DNA from: Chlamydiia bacterium
Lineage (GTDB): Bacteria > Chlamydiota > Chlamydiia > Chlamydiales > Rhabdochlamydiaceae
Assembly: GCA_963804085.1 (NCBI GenBank)
Contig: CAWDOQ010000010.1
Coordinates: 64,001-128,000, forward strand
Reading direction: 5' to 3'
Length of the DNA stretch: 64,000 nucleotides
This document shows, in pieces, positions 39,918 through 48,540 of this stretch (positions are counted from its first letter, which is position 1; every line of letters starts with the position of its first letter). The translations under genes and the position numbers were made by a program. Under the pieces are notes generated by a model. That model was not told the DNA's origin and did no database searches. It saw nothing but the letters and a program-made list of their open reading frames with translations.

Positions 39918-41225
39918 ATGTCAACGATAAATTTTTATTGTGGCGGCCTGGCTGCTGAGAGCCTTAAAGATTATGCGAGCGCACAAGCTTATCGATGTGA
40001 GACGCGTTTACTAAGAGGAACGCTTGATACAAATGTAATTAATCCGATTCTTTACCCGACTGACAGAATTCTTGTCATTGACGCCACCGGCAAATGGATC
40101 GTCGACAACGCGATTCAGGTAAAGGGAAGCTCCGATGCCAAACGCCAAGAAATGGTAAATTACTGGGGCGAGAATTACACGATCACTCTAGTGAGCGGTA
40201 TCGTCAGCCTCGTTGTAGGGCTTGGATGCGGCGTAGCTGCCTTTTTTGTTCCTCCCATCTGGTTGAAAGTCGTCTGTACAGTAGTAGCTGTTGTTACTCT
40301 TGTCTTTTCGATTTTAAGTTTTTATCGTTCAAGCGAAGCGAGCGGCGAAATAGAGGCATGGAATGTACATCCTGCTAAAGAGGTCGCAGAAAAAAGACTT
40401 CAGGCCTATCAACAGGGATTGTTCTTTGCAAAACGATGCGCTCTAAAAGAGAAAGAGGTGCTACACCCTGAAGAAATTCAAGTCTTATATCGCGCAAGTT
40501 GTGATGCGATGAATAGATCCATTTTCCAAGCAAACGGACAAAACGATCAAGCCCAAGTGCGCTTTGCCGAGCAGTTTCTCCATGAAAATCCGCTCGATAT
40601 AGAAGCTATAGACTACGCTTTTGGTGAGCATCCGAAGCTCACTGCATACAGCACTCAATTTGCAAGGTATAGAAGTGACATACAAAATATCCAAGGACAT
40701 ACCGAGCAGCAAAGAACGCAAGTGAATAAGGAAAGAGAGCAGCTTCTTCGAGAAGCACACATAAAAGAAACAATACAGCTCAAACCATACAAAGATGCCT
40801 TGCGCGCACGCGAAGAGACCTGCGCTGCGAACAAAAAAGCTGCGCTTGCTGCCCTTTCACTTCAAGACCAAAATAATCCAGATCATCCTGTTGTGGTCCA
40901 AGCAAATAAAGCTTACACTGCTGCAATGGCTGCCGCTCAAAAGCAGTACACGCTAGACACTGTTTTCATCACGAAAAAAGTTAAGCAAGAAAGGGAGAGA
41001 ATCGAAAAGGCGCATAGAGAGGCGATCCAGACATTAGAAACCGCCAAACATCAGAATCTGCTCCCCTTCTTTGAGCGCGCGCGCGACATTTTTGCCGGCG
41101 CCTATGCAATCTTAAAAGGCCAAAATCCTCCCAAACCTCTCTATCATGATCCGCTAGCGAGAATGAGAGAGGCGAGCGCACCGCCCGGCGGCCCTGAATT
41201 ATTAGATATAGATGCAAAAAGTTAA
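39918..41225 (+). CDS. Inc-like protein (bilobed hydrophobic domain plus coiled coil), paralog 1
   Basis: Two adjacent TM helices ITLVSG...SILSFYR; no Sec signal; E/K/Q-rich helical tail. Confidence 0.6.
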   Translation: MSTINFYCGGLAAESLKDYASAQAYRCETRLLRGTLDTNVINPILYPTDRILVIDATGKWIVDNAIQVKGSSDAKRQEMVNYWGENYTITLVSGIVSLVVGLGCGVAAFFVPPIWLKVVCTVVAVVTLVFSILSFYRSSEASGEIEAWNVHPAKEVAEKRLQAYQQGLFFAKRCALKEKEVLHPEEIQVLYRASCDAMNRSIFQANGQNDQAQVRFAEQFLHENPLDIEAIDYAFGEHPKLTAYSTQFARYRSDIQNIQGHTEQQRTQVNKEREQLLREAHIKETIQLKPYKDALRAREETCAANKKAALAALSLQDQNNPDHPVVVQANKAYTAAMAAAQKQYTLDTVFITKKVKQERERIEKAHREAIQTLETAKHQNLLPFFERARDIFAGAYAILKGQNPPKPLYHDPLARMREASAPPGGPELLDIDAKS

Positions 41226-41246
41226 CATAACTCATCGGAGAAAACC

Positions 41247-42563
41247 ATGTCCCTTATAGATTTTTACTACAGCGGCTCATCAGCTGATAGCTTACAAGAG
41301 TGGAACTACTTGAAAGGCAAAGGCTATGTGGTGAAAACGCACACAAGTTTGGTGGGCAGTGAACCTAAGGCCGAAGATACTAATCCTCTCCTCCATAAGG
41401 AAAGGCCGCGTGTCCAGGAGATGGACAGCAAAAGAAAAAACAAGTGGCTGGTCGATGGCGCATTCGAGGTGATATCGACGCTTAACCTCGAGGAGCGTGC
41501 TAAAAAAGAGGATTTTTGGAATCAAAACTATTGCATCACTTTGGCAAGCGGCATTGTCGGCACGCTCTTAGGCATTGGATGCGGCGTAGCTACAGTTTTT
41601 GTTAAAGCCGCTTGGCTCAAAGTGACTTGTGTCGTAGCAGCTGTCGCTCTCGTGCTCTTTGCCGTTCTTAGCTTCTATCGCGCATCGGATGCTTCCGATC
41701 AGGCAAATGGTTGGAATATGCATCCTGCTGTAGCTTTGCAAAATCAAAGGATGCTCGCTTTTCAAAATGGCTTCGTGGATACATGGTTAAAATCACGGCA
41801 GAATTATCTGACTAAGAATGAGATGACCTATCTACTACATCAAGCATTTGAAAAGTGGAATACCCAATTAGAAAGTGCAAAAAGCACTCCCAGCAAGCGA
41901 GCAGCTTTTACCGAGGAGTTTCTTGGCTCATCACTTCTTGCAGAGCATCCCATAAAACAGGTTTTAGGAAATAACAAACTCGAGACATTTTGCGTGCAAT
42001 TTCAACAGTGTGGTTATTACGCCAAAGATCATCGTGAAAAGTATTTCTCTTGGCAACTCAAGTCTTTAGATGAGGAGAAAACCAAACTCTTGTCTGTGCA
42101 AGATCAGGAGCGTGAAAAAAGAGATGCATCTATAAATCTGACATTCGCAACAAAAAAGAACGCTTTGGAGCAAGACCGAGACAAAAAACTCAATAAACTA
42201 AAGGAAGCGGAACAAAAAAAATCTGAGCATCCACAGGTAAATCCAATCAAAGAGAGCTTCAATCTTGCCCTTCAAAAAGCAGTAAAAGAGCGCGACGAAG
42301 CACTTGCTGCAAGTCAAAAGGGTTGTTCAACCTCAAAAGGCCAAATAGAAGAGATTGACAAGGGTATAAAAGGAGGGATCGAATTGCGCAAAAAGGCCGG
42401 TTACGATGCTTTTTATCAGCAAGCTCAAGACATATTTGAAGGAGCCTATGCAGTGCTAAAGAATCAAACACCGCCTCCCTATTCTTATAAAGATCCTATA
42501 TGGCTCTTTAAAGAAGCTGTTGCTCTTGCTCAAAATGGACCGAGAGAGAGAAAAACGAGTTAA
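41247..42563 (+). CDS. Inc-like protein, paralog 2
   Basis: Shares W.VD.A, NY.ITL.SGIV, WN.HPA and DIF.GAYA.LK with 39918-41225. Confidence 0.6.
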   Translation: MSLIDFYYSGSSADSLQEWNYLKGKGYVVKTHTSLVGSEPKAEDTNPLLHKERPRVQEMDSKRKNKWLVDGAFEVISTLNLEERAKKEDFWNQNYCITLASGIVGTLLGIGCGVATVFVKAAWLKVTCVVAAVALVLFAVLSFYRASDASDQANGWNMHPAVALQNQRMLAFQNGFVDTWLKSRQNYLTKNEMTYLLHQAFEKWNTQLESAKSTPSKRAAFTEEFLGSSLLAEHPIKQVLGNNKLETFCVQFQQCGYYAKDHREKYFSWQLKSLDEEKTKLLSVQDQEREKRDASINLTFATKKNALEQDRDKKLNKLKEAEQKKSEHPQVNPIKESFNLALQKAVKERDEALAASQKGCSTSKGQIEEIDKGIKGGIELRKKAGYDAFYQQAQDIFEGAYAVLKNQTPPPYSYKDPIWLFKEAVALAQNGPRERKTS

Positions 42564-42584
42564 TAGACCTCTTTCGAAACAGGT

Positions 42585-43334
42585 CTAATGCAAAAGGGCA
42601 ACGGTTGCATGTCTTCCGGTCACTCTCTGGTCGCGCCGGAAGGAGAAGTAGTCTTCCGGTTGCGAATAGGTGCATAGAGAAGCGATCTCGATGTGAGAGG
42701 TAACCACTCCTGCATCGAGAAGTTGCCTTCTGCTAATCTCCCACAGATTAAAATAGGTGGGCCTCTCTTGAAACTCCCGGAATGATTCGGGCAGCTCTGT
42801 TTTATAGTTTTTAAACTCTGCATGCTGAGGGCCTAAACTGGGGGAGATGCCGACTAAAAGGTTTTCCGGTCTAGACCCTATTTGCTTTTGCATCAGATCC
42901 ACGGTCTCTTTGTAGATGTTCTGCACATTGCCGCGCCAGCCGCAGTGGATATTTGCTAGAGCATGATTCTTGGGGTCGTAAAAGATAGCGGCTTGACAAT
43001 CTGCATGTTTAATCATAAGAGCGCGTCCCTTCTCTTGCGTAAGAAGGCCATCACACTCTCCTGCCTCTTCATCTCCTTTAAGGTGATGAATGGCCTTCCC
43101 ATGGCACTGCTTGCCCGAAACGAGCTCCTCTATACCCAAAATCTGGCAAATCTGCTGGCGATTCTTTTTAATGATCTCTGGATTGTCGCCCGAGCCCCCT
43201 CCGACATTTAAAGAGGAAAAAGGAGCTTGGCTGTGCCCGCCTTGGCGCAAAAAAATAGCATGGACTAGACCGGGAATCTCTTGTAAAAGCTCAAATTCGA
43301 GCCACTCTACTCCATCTCTTTTTTTACGAATCAT
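42585..43334 (-). CDS. pgeF: Peptidoglycan editing factor / YfiH-family protein
   Basis: Q.HG, ADC, IHCGWRG, YFSFRR. Confidence 0.9.
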   Translation of the reverse strand: MIRKKRDGVEWLEFELLQEIPGLVHAIFLRQGGHSQAPFSSLNVGGGSGDNPEIIKKNRQQICQILGIEELVSGKQCHGKAIHHLKGDEEAGECDGLLTQEKGRALMIKHADCQAAIFYDPKNHALANIHCGWRGNVQNIYKETVDLMQKQIGSRPENLLVGISPSLGPQHAEFKNYKTELPESFREFQERPTYFNLWEISRRQLLDAGVVTSHIEIASLCTYSQPEDYFSFRRDQRVTGRHATVALLH

Positions 43335-44524
43335 CTTTTAACCTTTAGAGAGCACGCAAAGCCGCCATCCCACCCCTCTTTGCCAGGAAGCCGTTTGAAA
43401 GGCCCTCTTTCTACAGTAAGAGATAAAGACGAACAAGCACGCTTGATCTGCTCTTCATTCTCTTCGGCGAGAATACTACAAGTCATATACCAGATATGAC
43501 CGCCTGCTTCAAGAAGCGAAACCGCCCTTTCAAGCGTCCTCCATTGAACCTCTTTTAACGCTTTTAAGTGACGGGTGTCTATCCTCCAGCGCGCCTCGGG
43601 TCTCTTGTGGAGAACACCGCTATTGCTGCAGGGCGCATCTAGCAAGATGAGATCAAACTTATCCGTCTGTGGATACTCTTCTGCGCGATGGCAAGTAATT
43701 TGGGCAGAAACTTTATATTTATCTAAATTCTCTTCCAGCCTGACAAGCCTCTTTTCCGATGCGTCATTAGCAGTCAGCTTTGCATCTGGGAAGAGTTCTT
43801 GGAATAAAATGAGCTTTCCCCCTGGCGCAGAGCAAAGATCGAGAATCTTTTTTGGTTTGCAGCCTTCTGCTAGCTCGGTCAAGAGAGTCGGCTGCGTCTT
43901 GTTCTGTATGTAATAAACTGGATCATCTTTGATCTTTTCGACGCTTTGGATGGCTACAAACGCATCCTTCTTTTCCCAGCGCTTGCGCGCCATAAGAACC
44001 GGGGGAGCATTCATCGCCTCTAACATCTCGTCCGCACTCTTTTCTCCATACTCTTCTGTCAGCTTATTAATGAAGAGAGGAGGATATGAATAGAACACAC
44101 TCTTATCCTCCTTGGATATCTCCCAACTACCTTCAACTAAACGACGGAGCGCTGCATTTAAAAAGCGGACAAAGCGGCCATCCGTATACTTTTTGGCAAG
44201 TTGGACCATTTCGGATACGAGTGCATGAGGTGGAATGCGATCTAAAAAAAGATGCTGGTAGATAGAAAGACGCAGGAGCATCTTCTCTTTCAGCTTATCC
44301 GGCAGAGCCAGGCGTGTGCTAATCTTGCGTGCAATCGCATCTAAGGTGAGAAGGCGCCTCTCTGTGCCAAAAGCCAGCTCTTGGGCCAGATGCTTGTCAC
44401 GAGAAGAGGGGGCTGTACCTTTCTGCCAATTCTTTAAAAAGTGAGAAAGGAAGAGGTCCTGGTTGCGGTGAACAGCGCACAGGGCTAAAAAGGCTGCTTC
44501 TCTGGGATTTGTGATGGGTTCCAT
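43331..44524 (-). CDS. rsmB: 16S rRNA m5C methyltransferase (NusB-like domain plus RsmB)
   Basis: LDLCSAPGGK, LDAPCSNSG, YMTCS. Confidence 0.88.
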   Translation of the reverse strand: MEPITNPREAAFLALCAVHRNQDLFLSHFLKNWQKGTAPSSRDKHLAQELAFGTERRLLTLDAIARKISTRLALPDKLKEKMLLRLSIYQHLFLDRIPPHALVSEMVQLAKKYTDGRFVRFLNAALRRLVEGSWEISKEDKSVFYSYPPLFINKLTEEYGEKSADEMLEAMNAPPVLMARKRWEKKDAFVAIQSVEKIKDDPVYYIQNKTQPTLLTELAEGCKPKKILDLCSAPGGKLILFQELFPDAKLTANDASEKRLVRLEENLDKYKVSAQITCHRAEEYPQTDKFDLILLDAPCSNSGVLHKRPEARWRIDTRHLKALKEVQWRTLERAVSLLEAGGHIWYMTCSILAEENEEQIKRACSSLSLTVERGPFKRLPGKEGWDGGFACSLKVKR

Positions 44525-44571
44525 AAAAGAAAATTGCAACCGCCCTAAATTTAACAGAGAACGGTTGCAAT
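44525..44571 (-). terminator. Intrinsic terminator of the upstream small gene
   Basis: ATTGCAACCG...CGGTTGCAAT followed by TTTCTTTT on the minus strand. Confidence 0.65.
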
Positions 44572-44583
44572 AAGTAGAGAAAA

Positions 44584-44988
44584 TTACTTCACTTGAGCAG
44601 GAGTCGCATTCTTTACAGCAGGTGCTGCAGCAGAATTTGTCTCTTTTTTCTCTGCAATAGCGCCGCCAGATTTTGCAACCTTTTGTACAGCGTCATCAGC
44701 AGAAACAACTGCTACTTTTGCATCTTTTTGGCTAGATGCGCAAGCACCAGCAGCAGAACATGCAGCTTTCATTGCTTCTTCTCTTTGTTTTCCATTGAAC
44801 TGAGAAGAGAACACTTTGCGGTTCTGATCATTGAGCTTCGCAGCAAAAGCGAGTTCATCAGCAGAGAGATGGCTTACGCTTTTCTCTTGTGGTGCGCTTT
44901 GTTGTGGTGCAGCAGCTGGAGCTTGGTTAGCTTGTAGACTCGCAACCATAGCAACTGCGGCCAGTGACATTAAAAACTGTTTTTTCAT
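44584..44988 (-). CDS. Small exported protein, paralog 1
   Basis: Signal peptide; LSADELAFAAKLNDQNRKVF...AVQKV. Confidence 0.75.
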   Translation of the reverse strand: MKKQFLMSLAAVAMVASLQANQAPAAAPQQSAPQEKSVSHLSADELAFAAKLNDQNRKVFSSQFNGKQREEAMKAACSAAGACASSQKDAKVAVVSADDAVQKVAKSGGAIAEKKETNSAAAPAVKNATPAQVK

Positions 44989-45090
44989 AAAATTTATCTC
45001 CTAAAAATCTAAGTGTTTCTTCACTTAGTTATGCGTTGAATGTAAAACCCCTCTCCATTTTTTGTCTAGAGAAAGTGGAATTAACCCCCA

Positions 45091-45501
45091 TTATTTTACT
45101 GGGCAGCTGCCGCCTGGACGTGTCGTAGAAGGCTTAGCTGGCATCATCATACTGTTATCTCTTGCGACCTTTTCGACCGCTTGGTCGTTGGTCATCAGCT
45201 TGCCGTCTTTGCCCATTGTACCGGACATATCCATAGCACTATTTCTTTGAGCGGTGCTAAATTTGTTGCAAAACATCATTTTATTATTGGAATTTAGCTC
45301 ATCCACAAAATCCTGCTCATCCGAAGAGAGATTGGAGCAGTCGGCCCTCTGATTCGCCTTGGGCTGCTGTTGTTGTTGCGGCTGTTGCTGCTGTTGCTGA
45401 GTGCTATTACCGTTGCCATAGCCGACTGTAGGGGCGGCCGTTGCAAATGAACCTGCCATGCAAAATAGAGTTAAAACCATCCACTTCTGTGCTTTTGTCA
45501 T
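45091..45501 (-). CDS. Small exported protein, paralog 2
   Basis: Signal peptide, polyQ linker, LSSDEQDFVDELNSNNKMMF...AVEKV. Confidence 0.75.
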   Translation of the reverse strand: MTKAQKWMVLTLFCMAGSFATAAPTVGYGNGNSTQQQQQQPQQQQQPKANQRADCSNLSSDEQDFVDELNSNNKMMFCNKFSTAQRNSAMDMSGTMGKDGKLMTNDQAVEKVARDNSMMMPAKPSTTRPGGSCPVK

Positions 45502-45605
45502 CTTCCTTCTCCTGGTTATGATGCGTTAATTTGAGACCTTAAATATTTTTTTCGATTTCTGTCTATCTTTTTTTAGAGTAATATTCAGTTAAGCCACCAT
45601 TAGCC

Positions 45606-46793
45606 ATGAAAACGCCCCTACTATCCCCGGTAACTAAAAGCCTGCTTCTTCTCTGGTTAGCCCACTTCTTCATGGATTTCTTTACAGGGATTTGGCCGAT
45701 CTACAAGACACTTGCGCATATCGACATTGCAAAAGCCGGGCTGATGATCGGGATTAGCGGCTTTACAGGTGAGTTTTTACAAATCTTTTTTGGCTATTTT
45801 TGCGATAGGGGCTACCGCAAAGCTATCCTTCTCTTCGGCCTCATCTTTGCCTCTTCGATTGTCTGGATCACCTTTGTCAGCGAGCTCTTTCCCTCGTTTC
45901 TGCTCCTCTTGCTGCTTATGATAGGATCGGGCTCCTTCCACCCTGCTGCAGTGGGGCTGACCGGCAGCTTGAGTTCTGAAAAAAAGGGAGGGTATATTCT
46001 GTTTTTTGCCTCTGGCGGGGCGATCGGTCTGGGCATCTCCCAACTCGTTTTCACCAAAATTACTCACCTCTTCCAGGGTCATGCTCTCATCCTTTTTTTG
46101 CCTTTGGCAGCTACTCTTCTCCTGCTCGCCAAATTCCCCTTTCCCTACCAGACCTTTGCGAAGCCTGCGGTCTCTTTAAAAAGTTTTTTCCAGCCCATCA
46201 TGCACTGCAAAAAACCACTCTTTTTGCTCTATCTTACGCAAGTGGCCAACCAGGGACTCGTTCTCGCGTTCATCTTTCTGCTTCCCGACCTGCTCTCTGC
46301 TAGAGAATGCCACTCCTGGCTCTGTTTCGGCGGCGGCCACCTCTGCTTCGTTCTCACATCTGCCTTCACGATGGTCCCTGCGGGCTATCTTTGTGATAAG
46401 TATGGGCAAAAGAGCGTCTTGCTCTCTGTGATCTTTTGTGCGATCGCCTTATTCTACCTTTTTTTAATGATGCCCCCTCTTTCGCTTACGGGTAATATCC
46501 TCCTCCTTTCGTCTCTAGGGGCCTTTTTAGGGATTATCAATCCTATCATCGTCTCTTGGGGAAACCGTCTCGTTCCCGAAAGCCCAAGCACCGTCTCTGC
46601 CATCATGATGGGGTTTGCCTGGTGCCTCTCCAACTTAGGACCCACCTGCGTCGGCTTTATCGCCAAGCTCTACACCGTGGCCCCCTATTTAAACGCCATC
46701 GCCACAATGGGCATCCTCCTCTTCGTCATGCTCCTCCTGATTCTTTACATGCCCCATCCCCAACAGCAGGTTACTGAGCAGAGTGAAGGTTAA
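45606..46793 (+). CDS. MFS transporter (Fsr-like)
   Basis: About 12 TM helices; GYFCDR and GYLCDKYG motif A; FHP. Confidence 0.88.
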   Translation: MKTPLLSPVTKSLLLLWLAHFFMDFFTGIWPIYKTLAHIDIAKAGLMIGISGFTGEFLQIFFGYFCDRGYRKAILLFGLIFASSIVWITFVSELFPSFLLLLLLMIGSGSFHPAAVGLTGSLSSEKKGGYILFFASGGAIGLGISQLVFTKITHLFQGHALILFLPLAATLLLLAKFPFPYQTFAKPAVSLKSFFQPIMHCKKPLFLLYLTQVANQGLVLAFIFLLPDLLSARECHSWLCFGGGHLCFVLTSAFTMVPAGYLCDKYGQKSVLLSVIFCAIALFYLFLMMPPLSLTGNILLLSSLGAFLGIINPIIVSWGNRLVPESPSTVSAIMMGFAWCLSNLGPTCVGFIAKLYTVAPYLNAIATMGILLFVMLLLILYMPHPQQQVTEQSEG

Positions 46794-46795
46794 AT

Positions 46796-46816
46796 ACGGG
46801 CACGGGCACGGGCGCG
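46796..46816. repeat. Family A half-copy (GGGCAC units)
   Basis: ACGGGCACGGGCACGGGCGCG immediately after the MFS stop codon. Confidence 0.6.
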
Positions 46817-46865
46817 AATAAAAATGGCTAGAGATCTTTTAAGCAGTTTCTTATATCAGTGAAAC

Positions 46866-47390
46866 ATGGACGATAGATCTGTAGAGTGCAGCCAGTGCAA
46901 AAAGCCGGTCAAGGTGGTCTACAAAGAAATTGTGGACAAGTCGGTCATACGCACAGAGATGTGCGCAGACTGCCCTCTTTTGGAAGAGCGCTTACATGGT
47001 GCTTCGACCGCTAATGCTGAGAGCATTGAGGGTGTAAAAGCAGGGCTCTGCTGCAACAATTGCCGCACAACGCTAGAGTCGGTTAAAACGGGCAATGCCC
47101 TTGGCTGCAGCGAATGTTATGTTGTTTTTTCCGATCTGCTTGTCTCAGAGCTTATCGCATCAAATAGCTTGCCTTCTCGCATGATCAAGAGCCTGACGGT
47201 TAAGAAAAATCAGCCTTTGCATGTCGGCAAGTTTCTAGATAAGCCGCTTACCTTTGCTACCTCGGAGCGCTTAAAAGAGCTCAACGAAGCTCTGGCTGAG
47301 GCTCTTAAAAAAGAGAATTATGAACATGCAGCCTCCTTGCGCGACCAGATCAAAGCATTAAAGGAAAAGAGCGATGAAGGAAAAAGCTAA
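46866..47390 (+). CDS. mcsA: McsA (CXXC motifs plus UVR domain)
   Basis: Four CXXC motifs, LGCSECY, ENYEHAASLRDQI. Confidence 0.9.
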   Translation: MDDRSVECSQCKKPVKVVYKEIVDKSVIRTEMCADCPLLEERLHGASTANAESIEGVKAGLCCNNCRTTLESVKTGNALGCSECYVVFSDLLVSELIASNSLPSRMIKSLTVKKNQPLHVGKFLDKPLTFATSERLKELNEALAEALKKENYEHAASLRDQIKALKEKSDEGKS

Positions 47391-48432
47391 TCTACCCTCC
47401 TTCCTTCTAGAGCATACGCCCTGGCTGGAAGAGGCAAATCCGATTTGGCCTGCCACCTCCTTTGTGCTCCATCGCAACCTTGCCCGCTATAACTTTCCTC
47501 CAAAATTGACAGAGACAGACGGCTATCAGGTACTCAATCTTCTCAAAAACACACTTCTCGACTCTAAACTCTTGCAAGAATCCCTATTTCTAAAGAGCGA
47601 AGAGCTCTCGCCTCTGGATAAGGAATTTCTTTTTGAACACTTTCTCTGCTTAGAAGGGTTTCAGCAGCCCATGAAGAGCCAAGGATTTCTGGTAGCAGAG
47701 GGCGCGCATCTGTTAGGCATGATGAACGTCCAAGACCATCTGCAACTGCATATGCTGGATTGTATTGGAGGCTGGGAGAGTGCTTACGCGCGCCTCTTGG
47801 CGCTCGACACCTTTATAGGAAAACACCTCGAGTACGCCTTTTCAACTAAATTTGGCTACCTTACGGCAGATCCCAAGATCGCAGGAACAGCACTTTTAGT
47901 GCGTGTCTTTCTCCACCTTCCCGCCCTCATTCATACCGGTAAGGCTATAGAAAAAGAGGAGGAGGTTGCACTGATGAGCCTGCAAGGCTCTTTAGAAAAC
48001 AGTGTAGGAGATATTGTCGTGCTCCAAAATGCCTTCACTTTGGGCCTCTCTGAAGAGAATATCTTGCGTTCGCTCCATGCTCTCTCATCCAAGCTGATCT
48101 CCGCAGAAAGCGCATTGCGAACCGAACTTAAAACAACCAATAACGCGAATATGAAAGATCAGGTAAGTCGTGCCTTCGGCCTCCTCCTCCACTCCTATCA
48201 GCTGCAGACAAAAGAAGCGCTAGATGCGTTAAGCCTGATTAAGCTCGGCATCCATCTCGGCTGGATCAGCGGGATGAGCGATACCAAGATTAACGACATC
48301 TTCTTCAAATGCCGCCACGCCCACCTCTCTTACCTTTTACAAGAAAAAAAGATAGCCACCCCGGAGGCGCTCGCCCACAAGCGCGCCGAGTTCATCCACC
48401 AGCAGCTTGCCGGTGTTACCCTCCAGACCTGA
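47374..48432 (+). CDS. mcsB: Protein arginine kinase-like McsB
   Basis: RNL...FP, DHL, YAF...FGYLT, LHLPAL, RAEFI. Confidence 0.88.
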   Translation: MKEKANLPSFLLEHTPWLEEANPIWPATSFVLHRNLARYNFPPKLTETDGYQVLNLLKNTLLDSKLLQESLFLKSEELSPLDKEFLFEHFLCLEGFQQPMKSQGFLVAEGAHLLGMMNVQDHLQLHMLDCIGGWESAYARLLALDTFIGKHLEYAFSTKFGYLTADPKIAGTALLVRVFLHLPALIHTGKAIEKEEEVALMSLQGSLENSVGDIVVLQNAFTLGLSEENILRSLHALSSKLISAESALRTELKTTNNANMKDQVSRAFGLLLHSYQLQTKEALDALSLIKLGIHLGWISGMSDTKINDIFFKCRHAHLSYLLQEKKIATPEALAHKRAEFIHQQLAGVTLQT

Positions 48433-48444
48433 CTGTTCAAAAAA

Positions 48445-48517
48445 TGCCTAAGGCCGGAATTGAACCGACAACCTCCGCATTACGAATGCATTGCTCTACC
48501 AGTTGAGCTACTTAGGC
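48445..48517 (-). tRNA. tRNA-Thr(CGT)
   Basis: GCCTAAGTAGCTCAACTGGTAGAGC...TT-CGT-AA...GGTTCAATTCCGGCCTTAGGCA cloverleaf. Confidence 0.92.
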
Positions 48518-48540
48518 AAATAGGCTAGTATAGCGGAAGT

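Noticed and set aside
44533-44571. Inverted repeat as a CIRCE/HrcA operator
   Set aside because: Does not match TTAGCACTC-N9-GAGTGCTAA and fits a minus-strand intrinsic terminator
45362-45400. CAG/CAA repeat tract
   Set aside because: Mixed-codon polyQ linker in a small exported protein, not a phase-variable repeat
48309-48506. ORF containing MPKAGIEPTTSALRMHCSTS
   Set aside because: Translation of the antisense strand of tRNA-Thr
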